A stretch of 63,878 nucleotides of DNA, counting the filler, from Collodictyon triciliatum (taxonomy: Eukaryota), in the NCBI GenBank assembly GCA_043381765.1. It is 19 parts of 19 records of this genome, joined end to end, with 100 filler letters (N's around TTAATTAATTAA, not from the genome) between each part and the next. Parts side by side here need not be neighbours in the genome. Positions count along the whole stretch, not along the records: positions 1 to 3,199 come from JBHJMP010007655.1; positions 3,300 to 6,496 come from JBHJMP010007656.1; positions 6,597 to 12,640 come from JBHJMP010007657.1; positions 12,741 to 15,944 come from JBHJMP010007658.1; 15 more parts are not named here. One strand, 5' to 3'. Made by a program: the position numbers and the translations under genes. Below are positions 1-13,549 of the stretch, in pieces. Below the pieces are notes generated by a model. That model made no database searches, had not been told where the DNA came from, and was given only the letters and a program-made list of their open reading frames with translations. Position 1 is the first letter of the stretch. Each line of letters begins with the position of its first letter.

Positions 1-132
1 AAGAAAAAAGAAAAAAGAAAAAAGAAAAAAGAAAAAAGAAAAAAGAAAAAAGAAAAAAGAAAAAAGAAAAAAGAAAAAAGAAAAAAGAAAAAAGAGAAGA
101 AAAGAACAAAATCTAATGCGCCTATCTGCTAG

Positions 133-745
133 TGTTGAACTGGCAACATATTACCATTCTTTTGGGACACCAGACCAGTTTGGGATTAGTGTCGAATTTA
201 CGGTAATGTAGTATTTCAATAAGCATATATACAGTATGCTGGTACTTGACTAGCAATTATTTTTTTTTAAGTGTACTTAATTTTTTTCATCGCGTCCAAT
301 TTTTCTTTAGCTCAATATAAAAATTAATGAACTTATTAGGGCAGTGATGTCAACAAAAGGTATTCACTATTCGTATTAATTGATTCATTATTGCTCCCAG
401 GGAATAAAAGGACCAGATGCAGTTTCCACAAGCTTTGATAAAGTTTGTGACTTACTGAGAAATGATGAGCACCCATTTCATTTTCTCTCTCGGCTGGATT
501 CGACCAAGTGGATGACTTATTGTCACCAGCTTTTGTCTGCTGCATGTCGTATTGTGCAGCTTGTAGTTGTCTACAAAACATCCACACTTGTGCATTGTAC
601 TTACGGCTGGGATGCTACCGCACAAGTTGTATCCCTCGCTGAGTTACTGCTGGACCCATATTACCGAACAATCAGAGGATTTATTATTTTAATAGAGAAA
701 GAATGGGTTTCATATGGGTAGAATAATTTTCTTTCTATTGAGCGG

Positions 746-779
<34 letters not shown>

Positions 780-1822
780 CCCCTTTCTTTTTTTTTTTTT
801 TAAATAAAATAGCCATAAATTCTTTACTCGGAGCGGAAAAGGAGTGCCATGTAAAAATGTAAAAGATAGAGAGGAGCTTTCACCGATTTTCTTGCAGTGG
901 ATAAATTGTGTATATCAGGTATGTATAAATATTGCAGGGTATAGCCATGTAAACAAACTATGAATAATTTTCTGAGTCTAGGTTAGCAGTCTTATGGAAA
1001 AACAGGTTTACGTTCACACTAACAACAAATTAATTCAATCATGTTTAGATCATCAAACAGTATCCATGCTCGTTTGAATTCAATGAGCGATTTCTTTTGA
1101 CATTGGTTGAGAATGTTTACTCTTGTAGATTTGGTACTTTTCTTTCAGATTCCTGGAAGGAGCGACAGGTAACTTTTTTTTTCAAATTCATATGATATTG
1201 TTTACGTTTATCGCTATATGAAATATATCATATATTGTTAAAATGAACCATCCTTACAGAGAGAAAATCTTCAGCACACCACACCATCACTTTGGGCGTA
1301 TATATTGCACAATAAAAAGGAATTTGTGAATCGGTTCTATAGTGACGATACTATGTAAGTATTATCTAATATATTAATGTATAACAGCTAATCGCTTATC
1401 GATGGATTACATATTACTGTTCTCATTCTTTTTTTTTATTCCAGGGAATACAATAATGACAAAGTCCTTTACCCGCGATACCAAATCAGTAACCTTGATT
1501 TATGGATGCCCCTTTTTAAAAGTTATTCCTATGTAAGTCTTTTTTTGTTTTATTTAAATTGCATCAATGATATTATATTTTGAGAAAAAATGATAAAACA
1601 TGTTCATTTTATCCTAAAACCACGCATCACACATTCAAATATTCAAATATCCTTCGCTTCACATCGCATCATTCGATATATAGCTATTTGATGACATCGA
1701 ATCGAGACTGGACACTCTTACAGAGCAGGCAGGCCGATATCTTTCCTTGGCAAAGTCGGTCCGAACTACATCAAGCCCACCATCGTCAAAGACAACATAA
1801 TTTTAGCACACGTAGCCGATGA
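133..1822 (+). CDS. Myotubularin-family protein, 3' part, multi-exon, probably catalytically inactive
   Basis: Exons at about 133-202, 401-717, 813-918, 1050-1168, 1260-1353, 1445-1532 and 1723-1822 with GT-AG introns. Motifs: [79 protein letters not shown]. Confidence 0.9.
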
Positions 1823-3199
1823 ACCTATCCTTAATAATCACCTGCATTCTAAAAGAAAGCATATTTGGTTTCTGGACTAAGTCCTTATTTTGAAATGCAG
1901 TCAACAGAACGCCTCTACTACACAACAGTATGAGAAAACAAAAATGGTTTTGCGAAATTATTTTTGCATTCGAAACCGTAATCCTACCTAAACTTTGGTT
2001 ACATGTTTGCTTATTACGTAGTCCCCATTTTTTTTTTTTTTTTTGTAGTGAAATAGATGGAAGTTTGAATGCGAAAAAGGGAGAAGTCAAATAGACCTAT
2101 TTCAATAGAGTGATAAGTACATAAATAAAAGGGCGGTGGACAGTCAAACTTAAATTCCCTTTACTATTGAAAGTTGATGACTAAAAGTTTTGAATAAGCA
2201 CTTTTTTTTTTTTTTGTCAATAGTGCTTGTATCGACTAAATATTCAGGTAGCATTGGTATACGCTACGACATTCAGACTTGTTTAACTAGTTGAGCGCAA
2301 TTACGACCTTATACTCGACTTTATTCTTTTTTTTTTTTACCGTGTTGAAGCACAGTGGTGTCTAATGGTTGGTTAAAATTGTATTGCACGGGAAAAATCA
2401 TTCAATATTTAGGTCTTCCGAGGCTCGCATATACTGTGAGAGGCATGATATAATGTACAATTTTTGTTTATTCTGTTGTAAAAGAAAATAAAAAGAATTA
2501 ACTTTGTTATGTCCTTTTCTTACCCGACCATTTTTTCTCAGCATTCGTCCTTGTTCTTACTTTCGGTTGCCCTGAATGGTTCTATGTATAAGATTTTATT
2601 TTCATTGGATATCCTCGCTTTTTCATTTCTTACTTTCCTACTACCTATCTTTTCGTTTTATGTGTAGTATTGTTTTCTTTTCACCAATCACACATCCTTC
2701 AGCCCAATATGCTAATTGTCAATGCGCTAGTCAAAGAACCATATTCATGTCAAAAGTGCCTGATGCGTTGCCAGGATTTATCTTCATTTCGAAGGTTCGA
2801 TGGCTTAATGATTCTCTAATCGAACAAAGAAATTAGACAAATATTTTTCTTAACATACCCAACTCGATAGATTTCCTGTATTCATTCATATTTGCCAACA
2901 GTCCTATTTTTATTTCTTCATATGTCCTTACTCATCGCATCTACTTTAAGCCTCATGGGTTCACATGTAATTCTATTGCATAGTTTTTTCCTCATAAAAA
3001 AAAAAACTGATGTAAAACAGGGCTTTGGTACTCTCACACATACTCATGGTTTGGTCTGGCAGAATGTATGAGTCAGGAGTCAGAATTATTAGCTTTTCTC
3101 TTTTGCATACCAGTTCATGCACCAGTCGGTGCATTTTTATTGGTGTTTGAGAAAGGAATAGATATATAATGTAATTTAGAAAAAGGACAAGATGACCAA

Positions 3200-3299
3200 N
3201 NNNNNNNNNNNNNNNNNNNNNNNNNNNNNNNNNNNNNNNNNNNTTAATTAATTAANNNNNNNNNNNNNNNNNNNNNNNNNNNNNNNNNNNNNNNNNNNN
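3200..3299. other. Artificial contig-joining linker (N44-TTAATTAATTAA-N44), repeated throughout the window
   Basis: The same six-frame stop linker flanked by N runs occurs at about 3244, 6541, 12685, 15989, 19283, 22575, 25867, 29158, 32449, 35738, 39026, 42314, 45600, 48886, 52171, 55455, 58739 and 62023. Most intervening pieces are about 3.18-3.20 kb in decreasing length. Confidence 0.97.
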
Positions 3300-3886
3300 T
3301 GTTTTTGTTTTTGTTTTTTTTGTTTTTTTGTTTGTTTTTTTTTGTTCTTTGTTTTCATTTTACAAAACAAATACCCCAGAATTATGAAGCTCGGCAACAG
3401 GTATTGTCTCGACATCAACAGCAGGGATAAGAAATGAAACTGTATGTCTCTGAAGAGACGATGCAGTAAATGCATCGTTATTATTTTACACTTGATAAAT
3501 GATAAGCTCATCTATTCTTTAACATGATTGAATAATTGAAAGAAAAGAAAATAAAATAATTTGGATTTACGTCTACAACTACAGGACAATCTCCAAACTT
3601 GGAAGGGTCGCACTGAAGAATTATCTATTGAGCAGCTTCACTTCAACATTTCTTTGAAATAGACGTATACATTTACAGTCTATTATGCGAGCCAATTGAA
3701 GCTAACCTGATTCTTCGGGAATTGATATTCCGGGATAGCTGGACGAATAGACCCATGAACCCTGCACACATCATAGCATTTTCATTTTTCTTGATAATTA
3801 TAATAACAATAATCATAATCATAATCATAATAACAATGATAATGATAATGATAATGATAATGATAATGATAATGATAATGATAATG

Positions 3887-3917
<31 letters not shown>

Positions 3918-6360
3918 GAATCTATGACACAGTGTGTGTATAATTAATAACCTTGGCTTCGGAAATGGATTTACATCCTAAATTTGATCGAATTGGGATA
4001 AGCTGTTGATGCATATTGCTTTGGAGAAGAAGAAAAAATAGCACTGAAAGGGAGAGCAAATATAGTCTATAGTATACCTTTGAGGATTGCGGATTAGTGG
4101 AAGAGTCGACGAAAGTTGTAAACATTTCACGTATTGCTTTGATAGACTCTGTTGGTAAATTGGAGAGGGAGTTTTTCTCGACAGGAAACTACAATTCATA
4201 AAGATAACATTCAAAAAAATTAAATGCTTTTTTTTTCAAATTTGAAAGGGAGGAAAACGATGATTGATTCTTGTGTTCGTTGGTTTCATTCCACGTAAGC
4301 CATAGTTGCTGAAGGTTATTTGTGACATGAGTAAACCTTGGGCTCCTGTGGATTTTCTTTTCTTTGAACATTACCGTAAAACCTCTGGTTGACAACGTTT
4401 TTTTTTATTATTATTTTTATTAATTATATTAAAAATGAATAAAAAAAATGCGGTATTTGATGAATCAAAATTAAATAGCTTAATTATCATGATTAAAATC
4501 ATATATTGCGAATATTGCAATATTAGCTCTTCTTCTAAAAAAACATTTTCTGTTCTGAATGTGTAATGCAGACAAACCGAGAGATAAACCCATGAATCGA
4601 TCAACCGCGTGTCATGCTTGCATTTGCGGGACGAAAGATAGCAGTTGAAATTCAAGTATTCTTTATCCACTTTCCTAATCAAAAGAAATTGACCATTATA
4701 ATTTGGAATGGAATATGAATTAATCATATCTCTACAGGTGTTTAAAATAGATTAGATGAACTTCGAATTAAATAGAGATAAACAATTGAGTTGGACGGAA
4801 GAAAAAACTATCATCATTTTAAGAGAAACCTCCATAATGTTTGTTGCGAGTTTTCATCCTCATTTTTAAACTCTGATACGTCTGCTTCTCTTTTTGATTC
4901 TCTTTTTCTGGGAATGTTGTGATGCTCCTAAAAAAAAATAGATAAAAATACAGTTAAGACAAAAAAAAGAAAATAAATAGGAATATTCTTTTTAACAAAT
5001 CCGATAAATGTACCTTTCTGTACTTCGAAAATATTGAATCAAAGTCCTTTGGATGCGGAGGAATAGTCTGGTAAAGATTGGACTTAATTTAATAATTATG
5101 ATATGTAAGGATATTATCTCAGGTAATTTGGTGAAAATACAGAGCATTCAATCATTCCGCCATCGCAACCAACAAAAGCGCCATAAAAAAAAATACGTCT
5201 ATTGTTGAGCAGACATAGGTCCATCTTGCATATGCCTCCTGGTACTCTATACACAGCATATATGAAAATTTATATTCACTTCTGGATGTGAATGCAACAA
5301 GCTTTTGAAAAAGCTCGTTTTAGCGGATGATATATAAATCAGTTAGATATTATATTACAGATGCCATCAGCAGTAGCAGTGTCAATGAACTTCCCTAATA
5401 ATCATAGGTATAATAGTAAAAAAAAAAAAACCTTGAAATGTGGAAAAGAAGGCTGGATCAGGCTCTTCTGGAATCAACTGGGTTTCCCAACTAGATTGCT
5501 TTTGATCGCATTTGGATTCAAGCTGTTCGCTGTCTTCCATAATTGCGTGACTGTTTACACATATTGGTAGATTTACTCACCGTTACTTAATTTTATCGAT
5601 GAAAATTAAGAGATCGAATATCAAAGTAGTAGACAGAGGTTTTTTTTTCTTATTGGTTACGGACGCAAAAAGAACGCGGTAAGATTATACTTCCAATAAT
5701 ATGGTGATGCGATGGTTATACCTAACAGCCATATTTTCCTCAGTGTGACTGACCAAGTCCTCTTTTTCCTACATGATTTCAATAGAACAGTTTCAGATTC
5801 TCATTTGAACAAAACGCTAGAAGGATGAAACAAAAGGCATGGCAATTATACTGATAATTATAATAAAGAATAAAATCATGGATGTTAGAGAATGTCTTCA
5901 TCTCGGAAATACGGTATAGATAAAATGGGGACAGCTTCTACAGATTCCTTCTCATCAGGATATATGGAAATACCAATGAAAAAAAGGATATGAAACATAC
6001 ATATCTCAAAGTATTTCAGCGAATCTACCAACCATTGCCCTTGAAGTAGACTTGTGATAAAATCGGCCGACAACATTCGGAAGATGAACCTTCTCCGTGT
6101 AGCGCGTCATCTCTTCCTTCCAATTGAGTAGTGCCTGCTCGTAATCTGCATAAGTCATAAAAGTATCTGGAGTCGGAAAATCAGGCAAAGCTTGCTTCAT
6201 TTGCTGGAATGGTAGAGTAGCGTCTCCGACAAGTCTATGGAAATGCTTATCGTAAACAGCTCCATTATGTCCCACAAAGTAGTGTGGATTCGGGTCTTCG
6301 TTAAGGATCGATATTGTCTGCGGAGTCAAGGAGGGCAGATTCACGACATAGCCGATTGAG
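3300..6360 (-). CDS. Multi-exon fragment resembling the Sca1-complex scaffold ScaA
   Basis: Exonic segments EDPNPHYFVGHNGAVYD, FPTPDTFMTYADYEQALLNWK, QLIPEEPDPAFFSTFQ and TIPPHPKDF recall the repeated PDP..F..YE.AL..W motifs of amoebozoan ScaA-like proteins. This is recalled, not searched, and exon bounds are approximate. Confidence 0.45.
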
Positions 6361-6764
6361 CCTAAAGAAACAAAAGAACGATTGATTTTCTTTATTCGTT
6401 ATGTATGTATGTATGTATGTATGTATGTATGTATGTATGTATGTATGTATGTATGTATGTATGTATGTATGTATGTATGTATGTATGTATGTATGTNNNN
6501 NNNNNNNNNNNNNNNNNNNNNNNNNNNNNNNNNNNNNNNNTTAATTAATTAANNNNNNNNNNNNNNNNNNNNNNNNNNNNNNNNNNNNNNNNNNNNAGAA
6601 AAGAAGAAAAGAAGAAAAGAAGAAAAGAAGAAAAGAAGAAAAGAAGAAAAGAAGAAAAGAAGAAAAGAAGAAAAGAAGAAAAGAAGAAAAGAAAAGAAAA
6701 AGAAAGAAAGAAAAGAAAAGGGAGTGGGCAGGTGTACCAAATGCATATTTTGTGATGGAACAGA

Positions 6765-8428
6765 CCAATCAGAATGCAGATGAGCGCATCTGGGTCGCTC
6801 GCCAATTCCTGGATTTTGCCAAAGAGCTTCAGAACGAGCTTCCCGCTTTCAGAGAACCATTTGCTGAAGAGAGAATGGGCGTTGATTTCCATCAGCAGTG
6901 TTGTGTGATATCTGCAATTAATTTGTTTCTATTACTATAGCCCATGCTATACATGAAGATTCAAAGTTTCCTCTTTTTTTAAATAAAAATAAATCTCTGC
7001 AGTGGATTGGGTGTATGGCAAAAGAAAAGAAAAAAAGAAAATGAGAAGAAAAATAAACAAGCCTGTCAGAAAAGCGTATTGATAGTTTTTGTGCCAATGC
7101 TTTACATAAGCTTGTCTTGCCTGTTCCTTTATTGTAATTTTCCAAGTGTGATTAAAGTAGAAAATGAAAAAAATTAGAAAAAAAGAGAAAGGCGAACGAT
7201 TGAATTTAGAGTCTGCAATTCTTTTATGTTTATGCGATTTGCGATGAAAACCTGGTGGACCATGTAATAGAACAACCCTGAATTACAAAGAATGGGTAAG
7301 TACCAATTAATTCAACTAAAGTAATACATCCTCGTGGATTCATGAAAGCGGATGGCAGATTTAGTTTCGTGAAGGCACAAACCGATTGCAGGATATAATA
7401 TTCTTATCTACTTTCTTATCAGCGAAGAGCATCGCTGTGACAGCATAGTCCAGCAGCTGCATTTTTATTTCACTATCGAAAATCAAACTAGAGGCAAATT
7501 TAAATTGTTTGTATATGCACAGTGAACTCTTTTTCTTTTTGAGTTGTACATATTTAGTATTGGTGGCCATTCCTTTACGTGGAGAAAAAAAAGAAACCTT
7601 TCCCAAACTCCTTCGTACTCCTCCGATGGCAGAATCCATTGCTGGAAGGCTGGAATATCCTCCTCGTCCTCCATCGACTCCACACCAACCTCATCGCTCA
7701 AATGGTATATATGGAAAAGTGGTTGGATATGGGAATAGTTTCGTATGTCGTGGGTTGTCTCTAGTGGATATGTTTTCGTTCAAAGTTACTCTACCGTCAA
7801 CAACGAACGAACACGTTTTCTCAACCAATTTTTGAACGAATAATATAAGAAATATGCAAAATATTAAATTAATACACCAACCAGGGTCTACAATCATGAT
7901 GGTGTTGACGTTCTTTGACAAAAATAGATGGTCCTCAAAATTCATTCTTCCGTAGTAAATACTCTACAAGTGGATTTTGTTATTTACATTCGCAATATGC
8001 AACATCGATGAAAGAAAGCTTTCCTAGGCAAAGCGCAGCTCTGTTTTTCTTTCTTTTTTCAACATTAATAATATGACATATATCGATTCTTTTTAACTGT
8101 ATTGAATAGAGAAGAACCTCCATTTCTCTGGACTCAAATAACTGCAAGAGATTTTCCTCCACCTCACTATTTTCTGCGCAACAAGATTTGTGCAGACATA
8201 CCTCCACTTCGATAAATCCATGCAAAAGATCACATCATATATTTTTTTAAATTAAGTCGATTCCAGTATTTTTGATATGGCTTCCATAATGTATAATCTA
8301 ATATTTAGATGAAATATTTAAAGTGACTGAACATGAAAGTTGAGGAGTGCGGCCGTACCATGGACTGGGTATTTCACAATATCTTGTATTTTCAGCAGTT
8401 GTGCGTCTTCTCTCCCTTCCATCGCCAT
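6765..8428 (-). CDS. TRIP13: AAA+ ATPase TRIP13/Pch2, 5' part, multi-exon
   Basis: Candidate ATG at 8428. Motifs: [65 protein letters not shown] (Walker A), [23 protein letters not shown]. Confidence 0.93.
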
Positions 8429-9807
8429 GTGAGCGCTACTTGCTTCTATGGTAAGCACTATATACTATAGGCCACTCAGTTTACATAATAAACAGAGGGT
8501 GCGTCACCGGTTTTTTTTTTGAGGTAGTTTCTTTCATCCTTGGAGACAATAGCGCCAGGGAAGTAGTGTTCTCAATCGGTGGTTGGTATTCGAAATTAAA
8601 TGGCCGCGTAAAAACCCATAGCCATAGACACATAAGTTCTTCCACAGGTGCATCATAAACTCAAGAATATGCACACCCACAAAAAACCAAAAAACCAAAG
8701 AACCAAAAAACCAAAGAACCAAAGAACCAAAAAACCAAAAAACCAAAAAACCAAAAAACCAAAAAACCAAAAAACCAAAAAACCAAAAAACCAAAAAACC
8801 AAAAAACCAAAAAACCAAAAAACNNNNNNNNNNNNNNNNNNNNNNNNNNNNNNNNNNNNNNNNNNNNNNNNNNNNNNNNNNNNNNNNNNNNNNNNNNNNN
8901 NNNNNNNNNNNNNNNNNNNNNNNNNNNNNNNNNNNNNNNNNNNNNNNNNNNNNNNNNNNNNNNNNNNNNNNNNNNNNNNNNNNNNNNNNNNNNNNNNNNN
9001 NNNNNNNNNNNNNNNNNNNNNNNNNNNNNNNNNNNNNNNNNNNNNNNNNNNNNNNNNNNNNNNNNNNNNNNNNNNNNNNNNNNNNNNNNNNNNNNNNNNN
9101 NNNNNNNNNNNNNNNNNNNNNNNNNNNNNNNNNNNNNNNNNNNNNNNNNNNNNNNNNNNNNNNNNNNNNNNNNNNNNNNNNNNNNNNNNNNNNNNNNNNN
9201 NNNNNNNNNNNNNNNNNNNNNNNNNNNNNNNNNNNNNNNNNNNNNNNNNNNNNNNNNNNNNNNNNNNNNNNNNNNNNNNNNNNNNNNNNNNNNNNNNNNN
9301 NNNNNNNNNNNNNNNNNNNNNNNNNNNNNNNNNNNNNNNNNNNNNNNNNNNNNNNNNNNNNNNNNNNNNNNNNNNNNNNNNNNNNNNNNNNNNNNNNNNN
9401 NNNNNNNNNNNNNNNNNNNNNNNNNNNNNNNNNNNNNNNNNNNNAAAAAACCCAAAAAAAAACCCAAAAAAAACCCAAAAAAACCCAAAAAAAACCCAAA
9501 AAAAACCCAAAAAAACCCAAAAAAACCCAAAACAAAACACTCTAGGTAAGGGAGACAAAGTGAAATATCAAACCAGTAGCAAGTGCAGTGCGCACAACAG
9601 AAAGTACTCTCGATGCTACGCAGAAACCATTGGAAAAAAATGGAACTTTTTTGAGTCTACAATCAGAGTTTTTTGTGTTCTCCTTGATTTTAAATGCTTG
9701 AATATTTGAAAGGCGACTATTCACTTTGGGCTCGCATTCACCGAAAGCGATTATTCCGCCTCACATTTGCGGAAAAATCAACATCCTGGGGCTGACGGTG
9801 CTGCTGC

Positions 9808-9960
9808 AAATCAAATCAAATCAAATCAAATCAAATCAAATCAAATCAAATCAGAATAAAACAAAATAAAACAGGGTAAAATAAAACAGGGTAAAATAAA
9901 ACAGGGTAAAATAAAACAGGGTAAATTAAAACAGGGTAAATTAAAACAGGGTAAAATAGA
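9808..9960. repeat. (AAATC)n microsatellite followed by a 15-bp minisatellite (AAAACAGGGTAAAAT, about 6 copies)
   Basis: Directly visible tandem units. Confidence 0.85.
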
Positions 9961-10189
9961 ACAGAACAATATAAACTTTTTAAGATATAAAACTCCATCA
10001 GAGGATTGGTCTATTTTCAAGATGTCATCAGATTGCTCATAATTGTCAACATCACGAGCCTATCAACTTACTCATACACTTTATTAACACTTAAAAAAAA
10101 TATTCAGCATAAATAAACCAGCTGGAGCCACGTTTGATTCTTCTGGCAAAGACATGGATATAGGTAAAGGTCCTATTATTGGCCGCCCA

Positions 10190-12446
10190 TTACTCCACAG
10201 GAACCATATTACTTTCAGCACGACGGCCAAAGCGAGCACGGTTGGCTGCATTCGATTCTGCGCTGCTTTGTTTCACAGATTGCCCAACAATAAAGAAAGC
10301 GTCTCCGGCCTTTGGCGGCGTTGGGGGCTTTGCAAAAGGATGGCCATTCGTAGATGCTGCCGTCTCCGCCTTTGCCGGGATTCTCCGTCCGACTTGGCGG
10401 GTTGTGTTTGGCGGTTTGGGATGAGATGCAGACGATGGCGATGAAGAACAGGACGACGAATGCGAGTGAGAAGTATGCGGATGTTGGCTGCTTGTATTTG
10501 ACTCTGGCGCGGACGAGTCGGTGGAATGTGTGCTTGTGGATTCGCTTTGAGACGGAACATCTGCCACGGGAATCGGCGCTGGGCGAGTGACTATGGGTCT
10601 TGAATCGGTCCGTTTGGTGGGTCCTACAGCATCGCCGACTGACAAGAGCCCTGCATTTGTGTAGCCCTTCATCGTCTTTTCGTTTGGTTCTGCGAACAAG
10701 CAAGTTGGTATTTAATTGTATGTCAACTTACGTATGAATGTGGTTCAGTGAGTTACGTTTTTGTTTTTGTATGTAAAAAATGAAAAAGTGAAAGCGATAT
10801 TGAATTATTCTATAAACAAATAACAATTCAATATCATAATCAAGAACAAATGAATCATACTCTTCCTTGCAGGCTGCTCCTGTGTCACAAAGACCTCTAT
10901 GTTGAATTCGTGGTGGCTTGCCTGCTTGAAGGCTGTTTGGAGGTCTTCGTTTGATGCAATGGTGATTTGGTCGCCCTCATCGTCGATATATTTGATTATC
11001 AGGCTCTGATTGCTTAGTTTGTACCGTTTCTTTAAGGATTCCTAATGCCGCGATATTCAAATATGAGGATAAGAGTTGCTTTTACTTTCGTCCTTGAAGG
11101 ATACAACGCCATTTAAGACACGCGTGAGATTCATTTGGTGATTTCATCAAATAGTGAAAGTACGTGAAAATCTCGGTATGTTGTGCCCAACGGGAATAGA
11201 ACCACGCGAATATCGTCTTGTGATGACACATAATGGCATTTAACTTTGACCTGCCATGAGTCAGATATGATGAATTTTAATGTCTTACCATGAGTTGCTT
11301 CACTAATTCGGATGCACCAAATAGAAAAAAAAACTATGGAAATACAACCAAAACGAAACGAAACAAAACGAAATGAAACAAAACTAATTGAAAGGTGGAA
11401 CTTACCTCTCTTAGGCGGGTGAGTGCAGCACTCGCACGCTCAATCTGGTACGGCATGTTCAACTTGATGGCGGCCTCCAGGAGTTCACCAAGCAGATTCC
11501 CATCTTTTGAAGCAATTGCGCGGTCGATGCCCTTGTCCATGTCCAAGCGTCGTTGTAAGTGCTCCATCTTTTCCTTGGCTGTGCGGTACTCATGTGTCTC
11601 CAACATACCGTGCGAAATTGCACTTGCGATAGCTTTGTCCAACAAAGCTATACTTTCTCCATTTGTCGCCTCCACCAGCATCTGACGTATTGTTTCATAT
11701 TCCAGCGCAGCTTTCGCCCTGTGTATATGCGCCTCTTGGATGGGAACTGACGACTTCAGAGCCGAGTCTATTGCCTGCTTCAATGACGCAATGTTTCTGG
11801 AGGCCACAGCAGATTCTAGGCGATCCACATGACCCCGTTCGATTCGGAGCTCATCAAGCATTTTCTGGTCTGCTTCGATTTCGGAGCCGAGTCCGAGCTC
11901 CACGGCACGGGTGATTGCGGCTTCCATTCGTGCGATGTCCTTTGCGGAGGCAGCCAGGTCCAGTTCCTTCTCCAAATCCACCACGTTCTGCCGAAAGAAA
12001 AGCAGATTTTGTGCGGCAGACAAGAGGGAGTCTGCAGCGTGGTATGGGCCAGAGTCTCTCTCCACAGAATCCACTGCTTGTTGGAGTTCCTCGATGGTTG
12101 ATGCCGAGTCCATCGCTCTTTGGAGGGTCTGTCGCGCTCTGTGGCAGAGTTTTTACTTTATTTAATTTCATTGCAAAATAATGGCAATAATGAAACATTT
12201 GGTAGATCTCTGTCTTTGTTGTTATGTGATAGTGCATGATGCGACGGCAGAATGTGCATGAATGACACGCGCAATTGACAGACAGTAAGAGATTTTGCTT
12301 TCGTGCCGCCAAGGACGATAATTCGTCCATGATGCGATGTGTATCCTTCACCAGAGACGTGTCCGTCGGTAGCATCGTCTTCATCTTGGACAGTTCTTTG
12401 CCGAGACTCTCCTTCAACTGGGCAAACTCACTCGGGGAGAGGATTT
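10190..12446 (-). CDS. Helical-repeat protein with a PB1 domain and low-complexity C-terminal tail, 3' part
   Basis: Long alanine-rich helical exon at about 11406-12145. PB1-like segments VKVKCHYVSSQDDIRVVLFP and LIIKYIDDEGDQITIASNEDLQTAF (acidic OPCA motif). Terminal exon 10190 to about 10700. Confidence 0.75.
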
Positions 12447-13006
12447 TCTGTATGATTTTATTTTTTAATATTGTTCTATGAAAATTAGAATTGAACTCCG
12501 CTTATCAAATCCAAATAAAAAGCTAGCATAAAAAAATAGGGTAAAAAAAGAGAATAAAAAAGAGAATAAAAAAGAGAATAAAAAAGAGAATAAAAAAGAG
12601 AATAAAAAAGAGAATAAAAAAGAGAATAAAAAAGAGAATANNNNNNNNNNNNNNNNNNNNNNNNNNNNNNNNNNNNNNNNNNNNTTAATTAATTAANNNN
12701 NNNNNNNNNNNNNNNNNNNNNNNNNNNNNNNNNNNNNNNNAAAAAAAAAAACAAAAAAACAAAAAAACAAAAAAACAAAAAAACAAAAAAACAAAAAAAC
12801 AAAAAAACAAAAAAACAAAAAGACTTTGTGTGTTTGTTTGCCACAATGCGCACATTTTGAGGGCCTTGGTAGATGCTTAATTTTACATAAATTGATTTTA
12901 TGCAGTTGTTTTTATTAAATCGACCAATTGACTAATTGACTAAAGTTTTACTAAAATTGAAAACTCGGTGGTTTTCTAAAGGAAAAAGTAAAACAAAGAC
13001 TTTCAG

Positions 13007-13221
13007 ATGAAGAAAAGAAAACGTCTTGAGTTTGAGAATCTTAAGTCTGTAAAACCAGACTATCGAAATGTGAAAACATCTCTAAAGTCGATTGTAAAGA
13101 ATCCGGATGACTATTACAAAATCAACGTTACGGTTTTATTGTGTCATAATTTGGTTACCGACACTTACCTGTTTGCGAGATGTTACATATTGAAATCACA
13201 ACTCCCAACAATCGATGAAAT

Positions 13222-13296
<75 letters not shown>

Positions 13297-13516
13297 CCAG
13301 AAATGAGTATGACATGGTGACTTTTTATCTCAATGATTTTCGATTCCTTTTGTCCCGAGAAGAACGCTCTCAGTTGGTTGGACTGTCTCATGTATTACCG
13401 TACTTGGCGAAGCAAATGTTAACAGCTTATCATAACAACATTAAGGAGCATTTTGTAAAGAGGTTACTGCGCTTTATAAATCAAACGGTTCCTAAAGATG
13501 AGAATATTACGGAAGC

Positions 13517-13549
<33 letters not shown>

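Noticed and set aside
3244-3255. Recurrent TTAATTAATTAA palindrome about every 3.3 kb, resembling a regularly spaced repeat
   Set aside because: Always embedded in fixed-length N runs, so it is an assembly linker. For the same reason, no cross-contig gene-cluster claims are made.
9445-9530. AAAAAACCC repeats resembling telomeres
   Set aside because: Irregular, internal, and continuous across the gap with an (AAAAAACC)n microsatellite; probably low-quality repeat sequence.
8534-9709. Long ORFs spanning N gaps and simple repeats (also 53963-54893 and the poly-N/L/Y/F ORFs)
   Set aside because: Artefacts of Ns and microsatellites lacking stop codons.
6597-12640. One scaffold about twice the length of its size-sorted neighbours
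   Set aside because: Most simply explained by gap-filling or merging after sorting; no biological signal can be drawn from it.
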